Assembly (NCBI GenBank): GCA_964016885.1 | Contig: OZ024741.1 | Coordinates: 136,338,001 to 136,402,000, forward strand | Length of the DNA: 64,000 bases | Reading direction: 5' to 3' | Source of the DNA: Eledone cirrhosa | Lineage: Eukaryota | In this document: positions 25,163 to 39,351 of the stretch, in pieces | Layout: each line of letters opens with the position of its first letter | Position numbering within the stretch: position 1 is the stretch's first letter | Notes under the pieces: model-generated | Database searches by the model: none | What the model saw: only the letters and a program-made list of their open reading frames with translations | Told to the model about the DNA's origin: nothing | Program-made: the position numbers and the translations under genes

Positions 25163-28100
25163 ATGGAGACTAGAACGTCATGTGACAGACTCTCACCCAA
25201 CAGGTGCCCCCTGGCTCAGCAGCAGGAACCTGACTGTCAACCAAATACTGCTGATGTTGGAGGAAGAAGAAGAAGGAAAGGGGCCAGAACCAACTGGACG
25301 AAAGAATTGAATAGAACTGTTATGCAATGCTACCTGAAAAGTAACCCCAAGGAGAGGGGCTACAGGAGACGGATGCATAACATCTGGAACGAGATTGGTT
25401 TATTTAAATTAGATGAACAAAAATTGGCCGGGCAGGCTCGGGTAATAAGAACTAATGGGTGGATAAGCGAGCTGGAACTGGAGGAACTGAGCAGAGAGAA
25501 TGGCTTGGAGATGGCGGGTGTAGTATGCCAGACAAGCGAGCCGGCGGGAAATTAAGGTGAGGAGGTCCTGAGAACGGAGGAACCACCCGAAGCAGACAAT
25601 GATCTGAATACTGAGATAAATAATACCTGGAACAGAGAAACGGCCACTGAGGAGATGAATGCTGACGGGCTAGGACAAGATTCGGTTGACATCCTAAATT
25701 TAGTGGTAGATGAGTTGAACAATGATAGTGGGAGACCTATGAACCTAAGATTTGTAGACAGGAAAAAGTTAAAAGAAACAACGGCTAAGGTAAACAAAGT
25801 CATCCCATACCTTGAGGCGAGGAGTCTTCACCAGTGCAACAATATCCTCAAAGCAACAGCAAATACGGTGAGGAAACTACTTGGTATAAAAGCGAGAGGA
25901 AACAACAGACAAGAAAGAGCAGAGCCGTGGTGGAAGAAGCGACTGAGTGGGCAAATCGGGGAAATGAGAAATGACATAGGAAAGCTTGAGTCACTACTGA
26001 ATGGGACACTAAAAAACATAGGCACTAAAAATAGACTGGAAATAAAATACAAAACTAGGAGTAAAAAGCTAAATATTATCATAGAGGAATTGAAGCAACG
26101 CATTGTAGCAAAGAGTGCCAAAATCAGGCGATACGAGAACAAAGTCAGTCAGTATAAACAGAACCGCATGTTCGACAACAACCAGAAGATGCTGTTTGGA
26201 CAGCTTGAGGGGAAAGAAAGAGGCAACGACTTGATCCCTGGGGCGGAACAAGCTAAAACATTCTGGAGAGGAATATGGGAGCAGGATGTTAGACACAATG
26301 CCCAGGCAGGGTGGATTGAGACAGTACAGAGGGAGATCGGTGAGCAGGCACAGCAACAGACTGATTTGAGTATCACAGTTGAAACTCTTAAGGGGCAAGC
26401 CAAAAAACTAACCAACTGGAAATCACCAGGCCCAGATGGTGTGCAGGGGTATTGGATTAAACATTTAACATCCCTCCACCCGAAGCTGACGGCCATGTTC
26501 AATGACTGCTTGGTGTCGGGTGAGGTGCCAGAGTGGTTGACAAAAGGTACCACAGTTCTGATAATGAAAGACCGAATCAAGGGTAATGATGTTACCAACT
26601 ATAGACCTATCACATGTCTGCCCGTAATGTGGAAACTGTTGACGAGCATTGTGTCTGAGGAAATCTACCATCACCTCCACACAAACAACTTGTTGCCGGA
26701 CGAACAGAAAGGATGCCGAAAGAAGTCACGTGGTACAAAGGACCAGTTGCTTATTGATAAGATGGTAATGGGGAATTGCAGGAGGAGACACACTGATCTT
26801 GCCATGGGATGGATAGACTACAGAAAGGCATTTGACATGGTGCCTCATTCCTGGATCACCAAAAGCCTGGAGATCTTCAGGGTGGCAGATAACATCAGAC
26901 AGTTGCTGGGCAGGAGTATGGGGTCCTGGGAGACAGAGTTGACATCAACTGGAGTATCCTTGGGAAGCGTGAAGATCAAGAGAGGTATCTTCCAGGGAGA
27001 TAGCCTGTCCCCTCTGTTGTTTGTCCTTGCCCTGATGCCCTTGACCATTATGCTGCGAAAAGTGAGAGCAGGATACAAGTTGGGAAGGGGAGAGCTTACC
27101 ATCAATCACCTCCTCTTCATGGACGATCTTAAGCTCTTCGGGAAAAGTGAGAAGGAGTTGGATGTGCTTGTTGACACTGTCCGTATTTTCAGCAGTGATA
27201 TATGTATGCAGTTTGGTATTGGTAAATGTGGAGTCATTGTGATGAGGAGGGGTAGGTTGAGCAGAAGTAACGGGATCCAGATACCAACAGGTGAGATGAT
27301 AAAGGAAATTGACTCTGAGGAAGGATACAAGTATTTGGGCGTTCTGGAGGCTGATGGCATAAAGAACAAAAAAATGAAGGAATTGTTAAGAACTGAATAC
27401 ATTCGGAGAGTAAGGAGCGTATTGAAGTCACATCTGAACAGCAGAAATGCCATAAGCGCAGTAAATTCCCGAGCTGTGTCTATTATTAGGTACAGTGCGG
27501 GAATTCTGAGATGGAATGTTGCTGAACAAAAAGAAATGGATAGGAAGACTAGGAAGCTATTGACTATCTACAACATGTTCCACAAGAGGAGTGATGTCGA
27601 TAGACTCTACCTAAGGAGATCTGAGGGTGGAAGAGGTCTTATCAGCATAGAGGACTGTGTTCAGATGGAGAAAAACAACCTATACAAATACGTGACCTAT
27701 AGTAAGGAGCCAATGCTCAGAGCTGTACTGAAGGAGGGGACAGTAGGCCAGGGGATACCCAAGGAGGAAATAACATCAAGGAGGAAGAGCAGCCTTAAGG
27801 GAAAATCCCTTCATAGTACCTTCTTTGAGAAAACTGAATTTAGAGATCCACAGACATGGAACTGGTTGAGAAGAGGAGACCTCAAAAAGGCTACAGAAGG
27901 AATGCTAATGGCTGCGCAGGAGCAGGCCCTCAAAACGAAGTGGTTGAAGCACCATATCTACAAGGAGGAGGCTAGCCCACTGTGCAGGATCTGTGGAGAG
28001 AGAGAGGAGACTGTGGCTCACATTGTGTCCGAGTGTAAACACCTAGCCCAGACCCACTATAAGGGCTGGAGACACGATGTGATGGGCAGGGTGATCCACT

Positions 28101-28555
28101 GGCACCTGTGCAAAGTAAACAATCTACCACATTCTGAGAAATGGTATGAGCATAGGCCAGAGGCGGTGATGGAGAACAGTCAGGTGAAGGTGCTGTGGGA
28201 TTTTAGGATACAGACGGACAAAAAACTGGAACACAATAGACCTGACCTGGTGGTTGTGGACAAAGAAAAAAGATCGTGCCTGATTGTGGATGTGGCCTGC
28301 CCGTTCGACACGAGAGTGCAAGAGAAGGAGAGGGAGAAAATTAACCGATACCAGGACCTAAAGTGGGAGGTGAAAAGGATTTGGAACTGCCATGAAGTCA
28401 AAGTGATCCCGATTGTCATAGGCGCACTGGGGACTATCTCCAAAGGTTTCCAGGGATGGTTAAAGAAAATCGGCCCCTTCACGCTTTTTGGAACGCTTCA
28501 AAAGGCATGCTTGCTTGGAACGGCAAGAACCCTCCGATACGTCCTGAATATCTGA
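25163..28555 (+). CDS. Dong/R4 polyprotein: N-terminal Myb-like domain, RT, CCHC knuckle, RLE; single in-frame TAA at 25553-25555
   Basis: WTKELN..MQCY...GYRRRM...EQKLAGQ; YRPITCL, DYRKAFD, GIFQGDSLSPLLF, FMDDLKL, KYLG; CRICGEREETVAHIVSEC; RHD; RPDLVV..DVACP..K..RY. ORFs 25163 and 25655 share a frame, open between the stop and 25655. Confidence 0.95.
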
Positions 28556-29073
28556 GGCTGCAGGTAGTGGCTTGATATTCAATCCAACGGACTTTCCAGT
28601 TAACCAACATCAATGACTGAGATTCAAGGAATAACAATAGCAATAATAATATTAATAATAATAATGTCCGTTTACAATTGTTTCGCTACTCCATATATTA
28701 TTTTTGGATCAGATGACTATATATCATAATTGATCTGGTTCAGTTTAAAATAATTAACATATTTAAAAAAACAGAGTGGCTCATCGGAACTCAAAGGAAT
28801 ATAAATAAAAATAATGTGACATAATATAATGTTCCATATATTGGTTTTTACTATGGTGTCTTGGTTGCATCAGCTGTCAGCCATAATCAAGCAATATTCA
28901 TCTGTCGAGGCTGCATTGTATGAGATCTGCCTATGCGTAACAAGATGGCTGCCAAAGGGCATATTTACCTTACTAATTAGAGGGTGGTTTCAGGGGAAGT
29001 AACTTCTTGAAAAATTAGAGATTGTGAGTATTTATAGTTAAGTGCTAGTTTTAAATTTTTTTAGACACACCAA

Positions 29074-29653
29074 TCAGTCAGAGACATGGCGACTGCTATT
29101 AGCTTTAGTTGAGGTAATAAAAGTTTTCAGATTTCTATCGCTGCAAAAGACGCTGGACATCAATTAAATCCGTAGGGATACAGTCAGTCATAGTTAAAAG
29201 TGAGTGGGTACACACACACTCCACACAACATACATCGGCTTACTTCACCTTCTGTGTTGGATAACACACCTCCACCACTCAAACAACTATCTTAAAAGCT
29301 CATTGGCCCATGTCTCGGGAAATCGCACTTGCGGACTCATTTACCCAATACCCAACTCTACACAGAGCACTTTGCCGGCCCACATTGCAGTTGCTTGCAC
29401 GCACGGATTTGGTGACTCTGATTCTCAACTGGACAACGGTACACAAGGAGTTCGACATGAGCTGATTTCTTGCTCTTCACATGGATGTGTATATACTCGG
29501 ACATACCCACCCCTCATTTTTGGGGGGGACGATTCGGATGTGTATATACCATTTACCATAACACACACTTGAAGATATGGATGTTACAATTGGATCTATA
29601 CACGTATAGCAGAACACTGAACTGAACTTACTTGCGCGCACGCGCGCGCGCGC

Positions 29654-29707
<54 letters not shown>

Positions 29708-30117
29708 CGTTGGTTAACCCAATAATTCCAATTTACATCGTCAAATTGAGATTTGACCGACATAGCTTCTGTTGCTTTGCGAACTAACTTTTCGGTGAGT
29801 GCTGTGTTGGTACATTCTTATATGTGTTTTTTCTCGGACATCGCCTCGGTGTGTGTGAAAGTGTGTGTGTACCCACCCACGCTAATTCTACGGGTTTAAT
29901 ACTGCGTTGATGTGTGTATATATATGTATATATTTTTCTTTGACCTCGAGCCGATGTATGTAGGTGTGGAGTGTGTGTGTACCCACTCACTTTTAACTGT
30001 GACTGACTGTATCCCTACGGATTTGATTGATGTCCAGCGTCTTTTGCCGCGATAGAAAATCTGAAAATTTTTATGACCTCAACCAAAGCTAATAGCAGTC
30101 GCCTCGTCTCTGACTGA
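29074..30117. repeat. About 165-bp inverted repeat (29074-29240 / 29949-30117)
   Basis: TCAGTCAGAGAC...TACATCGGCT and its reverse complement, with scattered mismatches. Confidence 0.88.
29634..29705. repeat. (CG)n-(TG)n alternating purine/pyrimidine tract (Z-DNA prone)
   Basis: GCGCGCACGCGCGCGCGCGCGTGCG(TG)n. Confidence 0.9.
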
Positions 30118-30194
30118 CTATGAGGGAATGAATTCTGTGAGAGAACATCGTTATTTTCTCTCGATCATATCAAGAATTTGAAGACAATTCATTT

Positions 30195-30268
30195 TCACCT
30201 GATGAGATCAGTGATAATCGATCATGGCTTCACAATCGATTTATCTCTTATTGAAACATGTGTCATGA
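30195..30268 (+). ncRNA. Minimal type I hammerhead ribozyme with a long stem II
   Basis: UCAC-CUGAUGA-long stem II (GAUAAUCGAU/AUCGAUUUAUC)-GAAA-CAUGUG-UC-AUGA; palindromic ACAUGU; GUC triplet; one stem I mismatch; short tail into (TA)n. Confidence 0.8.
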
Positions 30269-30444
30269 TTAAATGATTGGAATTTTACCTTGCCTTCGGA
30301 TTTTCATTTTGATATATATATATATATATATATTACTATATATATATATATATATATATATATTACTATATATATATATATATATATATATATCATAAAT
30401 CATGTCCTTAGAATTATTAGATAAAATATATACCATTTCCTCTC

Positions 30445-30478
<34 letters not shown>

Positions 30479-30894
30479 AGTGAGAGATAGAGAGAGAAGC
30501 TTACTAGTAAGAATAGACCAAAATCAGTAAAATCAACAACAATATAACAAACATGGAACCCTATATTTTATAGCTTGTGACAAGCTAAGAAGTAATTTTC
30601 TAGTGAAACATTTTCATGGCGATAGGTTGATAGATGTGTGAGGGTTTGGGAATTAGAATAAGAAAAATAGAGGCCGAAATTTCCTCATATTGAAGATAAG
30701 CTTAGATATGGGGATGAATGGCAAAGCAAATTTTAGTTAAAATGTCTCAAGGGTGTATAATTTATTTATATATACGTGTGTGTATGTGTGTGTGTGTATA
30801 CAGGGGAGAGAGATAAATCAATGAAATTCAGTTTCAACAACGCTAAAGGCTGTTGGATTCAAAGATTTTATCATGTTAAATGCTCACTTAAGTT

Positions 30895-30923
30895 GTATAT
30901 ATATGTATATATCTATGTATATA

Positions 30924-30965
<42 letters not shown>

Positions 30966-31322
30966 TATATGTATGTATGTATGTATACATATATATATAT
31001 TTATATTTGCTTATATATATATATTTATATTTGCTTATATATATATAATCATATATGATTATATATGTATATATATGCTTATATATATACATATATGCGT
31101 AAATATGTATATATGCTTATATATGTATATATATATGCTTATATATGTATATGTATATGCTTATATATGTATATATATGATTATATATGTATATATATGC
31201 TTATATATGTATATATATGCTTATATATGTATATATATGCTTATATATGTATATATATGCTTATATATGTATACATATGCTTATATATATATATATATAT
31301 ATATATGCTTATATATATATAT

Positions 31323-31360
<38 letters not shown>

Positions 31361-31457
31361 TTATATTTATATATTCTTATATATATATATATGCTTATAT
31401 TTATATATTCTTATATATATATATATATATATATATACTTATATATATATATATATG

Positions 31458-31495
<38 letters not shown>

Positions 31496-31770
31496 TATAT
31501 ATATATATATATACATATATGGTTATATATGTATATATACATGCTTATATATATATACATATATGGTTATATATGTATATTTATATGCTTTTATATATAT
31601 ATACATATATGGTTATATATGTATATTTATATGCTTTTATATATATATATATATATACATATATGGTTATATATGTATATTTATATGCTTTTATATATAT
31701 ATACATATATGGTTATATATGTATATTTATATGCTTTTATATATACATACATATATGGTTATATATATAC
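30895..31770. repeat. (TA)n-derived compound micro/minisatellite
   Basis: TATGCTT and TATGGTTATATATGTATATTTATATGCTTT higher-order units. Confidence 0.95.
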
Positions 31771-32259
31771 CATAGCTGATATAGTTTTGTATACCAGAAA
31801 TTAATTTCATAAGATCGCAAAAAAGCTATTTGGTTGAGCGAGTTTTGATATATTTAATGATAACAAAACTAAATATTCTTTGGGGGCTGTTTATAGGTTC
31901 ACATGGTTAACTTATATTGCAACTCCTGCTAGACAGTTTTATGGTACTTTAATTCCATATCATGCTACTAACTATTTGCTTTATTCGTTTATATGTTTAG
32001 ATATACGTGATTTGCTGGGAATAAAGTGTATAGTATATATATTATGCCTAATATATATATAGCACATCTTACAATATAGAGTAATAGAATGCAGCTTTTA
32101 TAATCTTAGTATAATAATACATTAATATACGTTTGGTAATAGTGAAATATAAATACAAAAACAGCAGCCATTTTAGATGAATCATCAGCTCAAGTGGCAT
32201 GTTGAAAATACTACATACATCTATCATTACAATGTGTCTATATCCGAGTGGGTGCGTGC

Positions 32260-32297
<38 letters not shown>

Positions 32298-32557
32298 TAT
32301 ATCGAGTTTTATCCTGGGAAACTGGCTTGAAAGTTATTCGACAATATTGATTCTAGTATTTAATTTTCAATCTAGTCCGTATTTCGTCGTTTTTTTTTTT
32401 TTGTTTTTCCTCTTTTGTGACCACTAAGTTACAAAAGATAAAATCGGACACAAACTAACAGCACATACAGACACAGTTACTCGAATACACATATTCAGTA
32501 ACACTGAGCTCTGCCCGATGTGGTTATGGAATAAACTCCTTATCCAAACTTCCGTAT

Positions 32558-32694
32558 CTTTGCCTAATGATTTCTCCCGAATGAAACAGTTCTAGTCCTG
32601 TAGAGAAGCCATTTCTATATTAAATATTTATACTCTGCTATGTATTGAGTACCTTAGATGCTGTAGTTACCCTCGATTGAACCCGGGATAAACT
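32558..32694 (+). mobile_element. Family B pLTR end with a degenerate hammerhead
   Basis: CUAAUGA-UUUCUCCCGAAU-GAAA-CAG(uucuaguc)CUG-UA-GAG; TATTGAGTAC tail; ends in (TA)n. Confidence 0.6.
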
Positions 32695-33168
32695 TATATA
32701 TATATATATATGACAGAGAGATGGGGAAATGGGATGACATCATCAGGGATGATTTGGATAGGTGTTTAGGGGTGTATCTTTTCCAGAATGTGTGCCTCTA
32801 TATTGTCCTAGTATCAGAGCGAGCGGATGTATGCGTGGTGTTGTTATGAGTACAATTGATTTGCAACGCATGAATGCCACTTTAGGTTTAAGAAGTGTCT
32901 CTGTCTGCACGCGCGTACTCCTTTAGGTGGGTGTATGTGTGAATATGTGGGCTTTGGTTTGTGAAGGTCCATTGAAGTGTGTGCAAGCTGGTTAGTGCGT
33001 TGTTTGTGTGTATCAAGCATGGAAGTGTCAGAGGTAATCAGTGTACACGTGTTTCTGGGGTTATCCGATTGTACAATTATTGGAGATGATATATTGTACC
33101 TATTTCGGTTGATTATCATGCATTTCAAAGTGTCTTTCTTACACATATATATATATGTATTATCTTCA

Positions 33169-33170
<2 letters not shown>

Positions 33171-33258
<88 letters not shown>
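33171..33258. repeat. (CT)n microsatellite
   Basis: Direct inspection. Confidence 0.98.
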
Positions 33259-33262
<4 letters not shown>

Positions 33263-34168
33263 GTCTCTCTCGCTTTGTGTCTCTCTTTTTATCCCTCTCT
33301 CTTTATCCACTTTACTCGCCTATGTTCTCTTAATTTCTGTCTTTCACTTCCTCTATCTCTTACTCAAGAACCACACTACCATATTTTCTCGTAATCTTTC
33401 TCTGTGATTCAATCCCACCGTTTTTCTCACATTTTAACTCTCACATTCACATATACATACACCATTTTAATCTGCATGCATGTATATATATACACATACA
33501 TATCCAAGATGTAGGTGTGCGTGTGTATAAAGAAATCGTTTACAATAAGCGAAGTAGAACAACATATATACGTACACATATATCTATATCCTTCACCATA
33601 GCCTCAGATTAACCGAAGACTTGTGAGTTATGTTTTATAGTTGGAATCTGTTTGGAAGCCTGTTGGATAGATGATAGCTGTAATTCAACAGTCGAGCATT
33701 GAAATATATTTTGTCACATTGATTTCGCTTCGTGATTACTTTAAGAAGACATGTTACTGTGGAATGGTCAATCACTTACACGTTAATTTATTATTAGGAT
33801 ATTTAATTAATCGAACAGCCGAATGCTCATCATTTACACTGTTGGAGGATCATCATCATCATTGTCATTTTATATACATATTCATACATCTATTTCTATG
33901 TGTACGTGCCTATATTTGCATACTCTCTATTCACATCACCGTGTAGAATATATTGTAGCCTCCTCACAGGATCGATTTCAGATCAATGACTCCTAGGAGT
34001 TCAATAATAAAGTGCAATATTCTGAAATTTCTATTTTGCTCTGTTAGTGGATTAAAATGGCGCCTATGAGGGCGCAATTTAAAGCGGAACAGTGAACATC
34101 TATAAACTATAAATTTCAACATGTTAAGGAAAAGTGAGTGTGAGGGAAATTAGAGAGGAAGAAAGAAT

Positions 34169-34206
34169 GAGAGAGAGAGAGAGAGATGAAGAAAGAATAA
34201 GAGAGA

Positions 34207-34291
<85 letters not shown>
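34169..34291. repeat. (GA)n microsatellite (interrupted)
   Basis: Direct inspection. Confidence 0.97.
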
Positions 34292-34292
<1 letters not shown>

Positions 34293-35084
34293 ATATAAAT
34301 TATAAAAAAATAATATTAATTTCTTTTAGACATGGACCCATTAATGTTGAGCAGAGCTGAAAATCAAACCAAACTAAAATCCCTTGTTTTAGAGATATTC
34401 AAATATATCGAAATGTGTAATAGTCTGCTCATAAACTTCACGTTGCTCTGAATTTTAATGGATGATATTCTTATTTAAAAAGCATTCACATCTCTCGGTT
34501 AATTCGCTCAGGACATTGAAGCAGTGAAATGTTTAAAGTTTTCTAATTGTGTTGATATTGTATTATATTTAACGAGGACAAAATACAACATACTAAAATA
34601 CACGCAATTAACGAGAATTTGAAAGTTTTATATTGCACGTATGAGAAATTATTTTCAAACTTTATGGTTCCTTTGTAAAGAAATGCTTTTTTTTTTTTTA
34701 AATAATGATTCTAGATTTCGATCACTATTATGTATTTATCAAAAGAATTTCTATAATTTTCCAACGCTGCCCTCAATTAATTTATCTCTGTTGAAATATT
34801 GCCAGATACTCGAGTTTGAATTTGGTAATTCTTAAGTAAAGAACTTGTCAATCAATACACGTCTCAACAATGGGCACGCTAATGAAATGCAAACAATCTC
34901 TGTGGTATGTTTCTGAGCTAGGTTTTCTATAAACTATTCCTTTTTATGTAAAAACAAAAATAGAGTTTAAAAAAGCAAAGACATTTTTTGTTTGCCTGTC
35001 ATTTTGTAATCAGCGGTATACATCAAATAATGATGAGCATTATTAAATTTAAGTTGGAATAACAAGAAGAACAACAATAATAAT

Positions 35085-35372
35085 ATTGATATTTGTCCCA
35101 TAGACAATAAGGTTTGTGAAAAAGAATTGAAGAAGGTTCAGATATACGAACCACTAGGATGGGAGATAGAAAATTTGTGGGAATTGAAAAAGGCTGAGGA
35201 TATCCCACTCGTAGTAGGGGGCACTTGGCACGGTAATCACCACAATTGAAAACTATTTTTTAAAAATTGGGGAGGGGGCAACATCAGTGTGAGGTCACTA
35301 CAGAAAGCAATAACCCTTGGAACCGCCAGGATGCTCAGAAAAGTGCAATTGAAGGTTCCACCCCAGTCCACA
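35085..35372 (+). pseudogene. 5'-truncated Dong/R4 LINE, RLE C-terminus
   Basis: IDICPIDNKVCEKELKKVQIYEPLGWEIENLW...IPLVVG/ALGTV...LQKAITLGTARMLRKV, with frameshifts; AATAATAAT on both sides. Confidence 0.85.
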
Positions 35373-36851
35373 AATAATAATGGGGCCATTCTCATTTTTA
35401 TGGATGTGGAAGGTTTACGTAGATTGAGTTGTAAAAAGATGTAAATTTAAACGTCACAGCTCCCACCTTCGTAATTTTAGTTCATCCCCTAGTATTATCA
35501 TAAAATGCAACGTAACATGGAATGTTTTGCTTAAGAACGTATCACACTGTTCGGTCCAGGAATAGAACTCACCACCTTATGGTTGAGAGTTAGCGTCTTA
35601 ATCATCAGGTTACCTACCTTCACGTGTATCTGAACTGCATCACAGAATCGGTATGCCCGAAACCCACATTCTGTCTACAAGGCATGGTAAATCCTGAGTA
35701 CATGAATAGTGTGTATAAATCCCATTTAGATTCCTATGATACCCCTTTTAGACTTTCCTTACACCAAATACATTACCTGTCTTGCCACAGGATCCGTATA
35801 TCATATAGGGAGTAAGCGTCAGCTGGTGAAGAAATATTAATTTCTGAATACGTATGGAGCGCCTTCATACTTATATTGACTTATATGGGAAATAATCACA
35901 GTTTAAAATACCATAGAAAGGCTGTATGCATGTTTATTATACATAATCATATTGTATATAAGTCCACATACGCCTTTATTACAAGTTTACTTAATCGTGT
36001 GTACTATTCTATTAGTTATGCCTGGTTCTATAATATTAAATTGTTTATTTCAACATGTTTATATTCATTTAAAAACCATTCATCATAAATGTGTAAAAAC
36101 ACAGTTAAGCTTCTAATGCCTGTTTAATAATGAGAAAGTTAATCATATTCCTTATTATTTTCAAAATCATAGGCAATATCCTTTATTTGAAACTTATTAG
36201 TGAAAGGGTAAAAGTTATTTATCACAAGCTCGGAGTTTTCTGCATTTATCATTTATATCCTGCTATTGTTGATAATGTCTATCACCCTTCTCTCTCTCTC
36301 TTTTTACTATTTTAGCTTATATATAAGTCATTGACAGAGAATATACAGCTGTTGGCTTCATTTTACCAATATAGATTGCTGTAAATTGTACTCAAGAGAG
36401 CTGAGTGATTTTGTGTTGGAGTTTAATGACGGCCAACTGTATTTTGAACGATCTATCCGTTAACACTATACAATGATATATAAAATTTAATATAAGTATA
36501 ACTGACTATAAATACACCGTCTCAACAGCGTTGAAGTATGAGAGTCTATTTAAGTGAAAACAGATCATAGATATCTTCATTGTGGAGTTTCAAATATTGA
36601 ATTCTGTATCCCTAGAAAGAACGTCAATAGCTGTGTATTTGAAATATGACTTGGTCGATATGAAAAGTTAATAATGCTGAAATGAAATTATGTTAAACAT
36701 GTATATCTCTGTGGTCAAGGAGTTCACTTTGCAATTATGTTAGTCCGACACCGTGGTGTCTTAGTCAATTGTCTTCTACAGCCTTGCTTGGCCAGTGCCT
36801 TGAGAATGGAATTTCGTTGACACAAACTATTGAAGCTCGTCACACACACAC

Positions 36852-36913
<62 letters not shown>

Positions 36914-36917
<4 letters not shown>

Positions 36918-37013
36918 CCGCCGAGGTTAACTTTGCCTTTCATCCTTGCGGGGTCGATAAAATAAAGTACCAGTAATACACTGGGTAATTGCTGGCCTTG
37001 TGCCAAAAGTAGA

Positions 37014-37016
<3 letters not shown>
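36914..37016 (+). mobile_element. 5'-truncated family-1 SINE in (TA)n
   Basis: Core and 3' end near-identical to 23702-23804. Confidence 0.9.
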
Positions 37017-37070
<54 letters not shown>

Positions 37071-38611
37071 GTGTGTGTGTGTTTGTTTATGTGTGTGTGT
37101 TTCTGTCGGTGTTTACGAGTATTCAATAAAGTAGTTGTGCGACATAAAAGAGATCGATAAAATGATTACCAAGCTTGAAATATTAAGTACGAGGATCGAT
37201 ATAACCAACTAAATCGACACAGAATCCCATAACGGCCACAGTTCAATGACTGAAACCAGTAAAATAATAAGATAATAAAATAATTGATTTGTTGTTGTTT
37301 TCTCCTTTATATATAATATTTAAGAGCTATTGGAGAGAAGATTTGGTATTTAATAATTATTTTCTTATTGACAAAGCGACATTATCTGGAAAGGAAAATG
37401 AGACAGACCGATACATATCCTATTTTCAACGCCAATGGTTAGTGGGCTGGGTTCATAATGGTAAGTTCGTAAGTTTGATTCCCTCACTGAACAACACGTT
37501 GTGTCCTTGAGCAAGAAACATCATTTCACGTAGCTCCAGTTCATTCAAAACATTAGATGCGAGGTCACTAGTACTAAGCTATATTAGTCTCTTCTTTTCC
37601 TTTAAAAAACTTTGGTGTCGTAGAGAGGGAAGACTTGCGATCAATGCTCAGGCTGGTACTTTGAAGAGGGGAATCCATGGTCAACCAGTCATGGACGCAA
37701 AATCTATGGCCAGTCAATACCGAAAAGAACCTTTCTGTTCCAGCGTCATAGCCAACCAACTGCAGTAACTTCAAATTTAAATAGCTTCTATTGTTTTGTT
37801 TTATTTCTCAATGTTCTAAATTGAACACTTACTACAGATTTAGGACAAATATGGTCCTGTGCTAGTTACGTTATGAGGCCACTTACCTGAAAAACATTTG
37901 AAAATACATTGTAAAAATACTTTTAGTAGGAATATACCCCCCCCCCCCCACACACACACACACATACACACACCTCGTGGCCAAGGGTCCCTCTGCTTAG
38001 ACAGCCGAAAGGACAATGCTAAAATGGGTGACTGCTTTCTAATGTAGTTTTTAGCTTTCAATTTTCTAAAGTTTGGTCAAATAAATTTCACTCATAATGG
38101 AGCTGAGTCTCTCGACAGGGCCATTGCCATACAAAGGCATGGGTGACACAAATGTTTACTCGTGTATGTACGTGTGTATGAGTGAGCTCTATCGGTTTTG
38201 AAGCTAGTGTTACAGTTGTTTAATTGATCAAAAAGCCTTCTCATAAATTAACATGCAAGTGACTGAGAATTTCCATAAACATGTGTATTCTTAACGTGGT
38301 TCACTGGAGATTCAGCGTAAGTCAGTGTGCGACAAAGCCGACCTTTTAAATTACATGTACCCCTCATTTGGTCCATCTGAGTGGACTGAAGGAACTTTAA
38401 AAATATTGTTGCCGGGAATCGAGGTCATGACATTACGATCATGAGCCGAACACCTTAATACTTCCACTGATACCTATGTATGAAACGAGTATTACACATA
38501 ACCATTGATTGAGAATAAAATGAAGCTCAGATTAGTCACCAGCATACCAACCAGACTTCTTCATTGGTTTTACCCTTGACATTCACTTTAATATTAACTT
38601 AATATCACAGT

Positions 38612-38930
38612 GGGGGTGCGTAGTTTCGAGTTTAAAGGGCTTAGTGAAGGCGTTCGATCGTGAATTCGATTTTTGGCAGTACATTGTGTCCTTCAGCAAG
38701 ATGCCTTGTTTAATGTTGCTCCGGGTCACGCAGAGGACAAAAATGAGTTGTAGTTTTGGTTCAAAGAGCCAGCCTTGTCATACACTGTCACATTGAATCC
38801 CCCTGAGAAATACGTTAACCGTGAACGTGTCTGTGGAATATTTACCCATTAGCACGTTAATTTTACGTGTAGGCTGTATTGTTGATGAAGCGTCTATAGC
38901 ACTCGTAGTTAGAACCGACTCACTTACAAC
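38612..38930 (+). mobile_element. Degenerate SINE related to family 2
   Basis: GAATTCGATT B-box-like, GTGTCCTTCAGCAAGA core; similar relics near 3690, 37430, 40530 and 47240. Confidence 0.6.
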
Positions 38931-39351
38931 ACATGATCATAATCAAGAGGATATCTGTGTTGTTGCTATTATTTTTTAATCCTAGATTGAGCAGTCATAT
39001 GAATTCTATTAATTACAGCGTGTGTGCGTGTGTGCGTGTTTGTGTGTGTGTGTGGGGGGGGGGGGGTATTTCTAATACTATATTAACCAATTTCGACTTT
39101 AATATCATCGTGTAGGCTGTGACTCCAGAGAAATTCTAATTGCTACTTTTAACTGTTTCTGTAACCGAGTAGTTATTGTTCACGTTTAGCCCCAGCTCAG
39201 TTGTTAACAAACCTAACGTGGAAGTTATTTCAAAATATTTTAGCCTTGACCTATTTGAGTCTCTTACTATTTCTGTCGGCAGTGATTAAAAAAAACTATC
39301 TTATTTTTCTCAAATCGAACTTGAAACATTACTAAAAAATAATAATTAATT

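Larger units (their letters stand above)
24035..28641 (+). mobile_element. Dong/R4-clade non-LTR retrotransposon (RT + restriction-like endonuclease) inserted in (TAA)n
   Basis: 19-bp TSD AATAATAATATTAATAATA at 24016-24034 and 28642-28660; long ORF; short 3' UTR. Confidence 0.9.
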
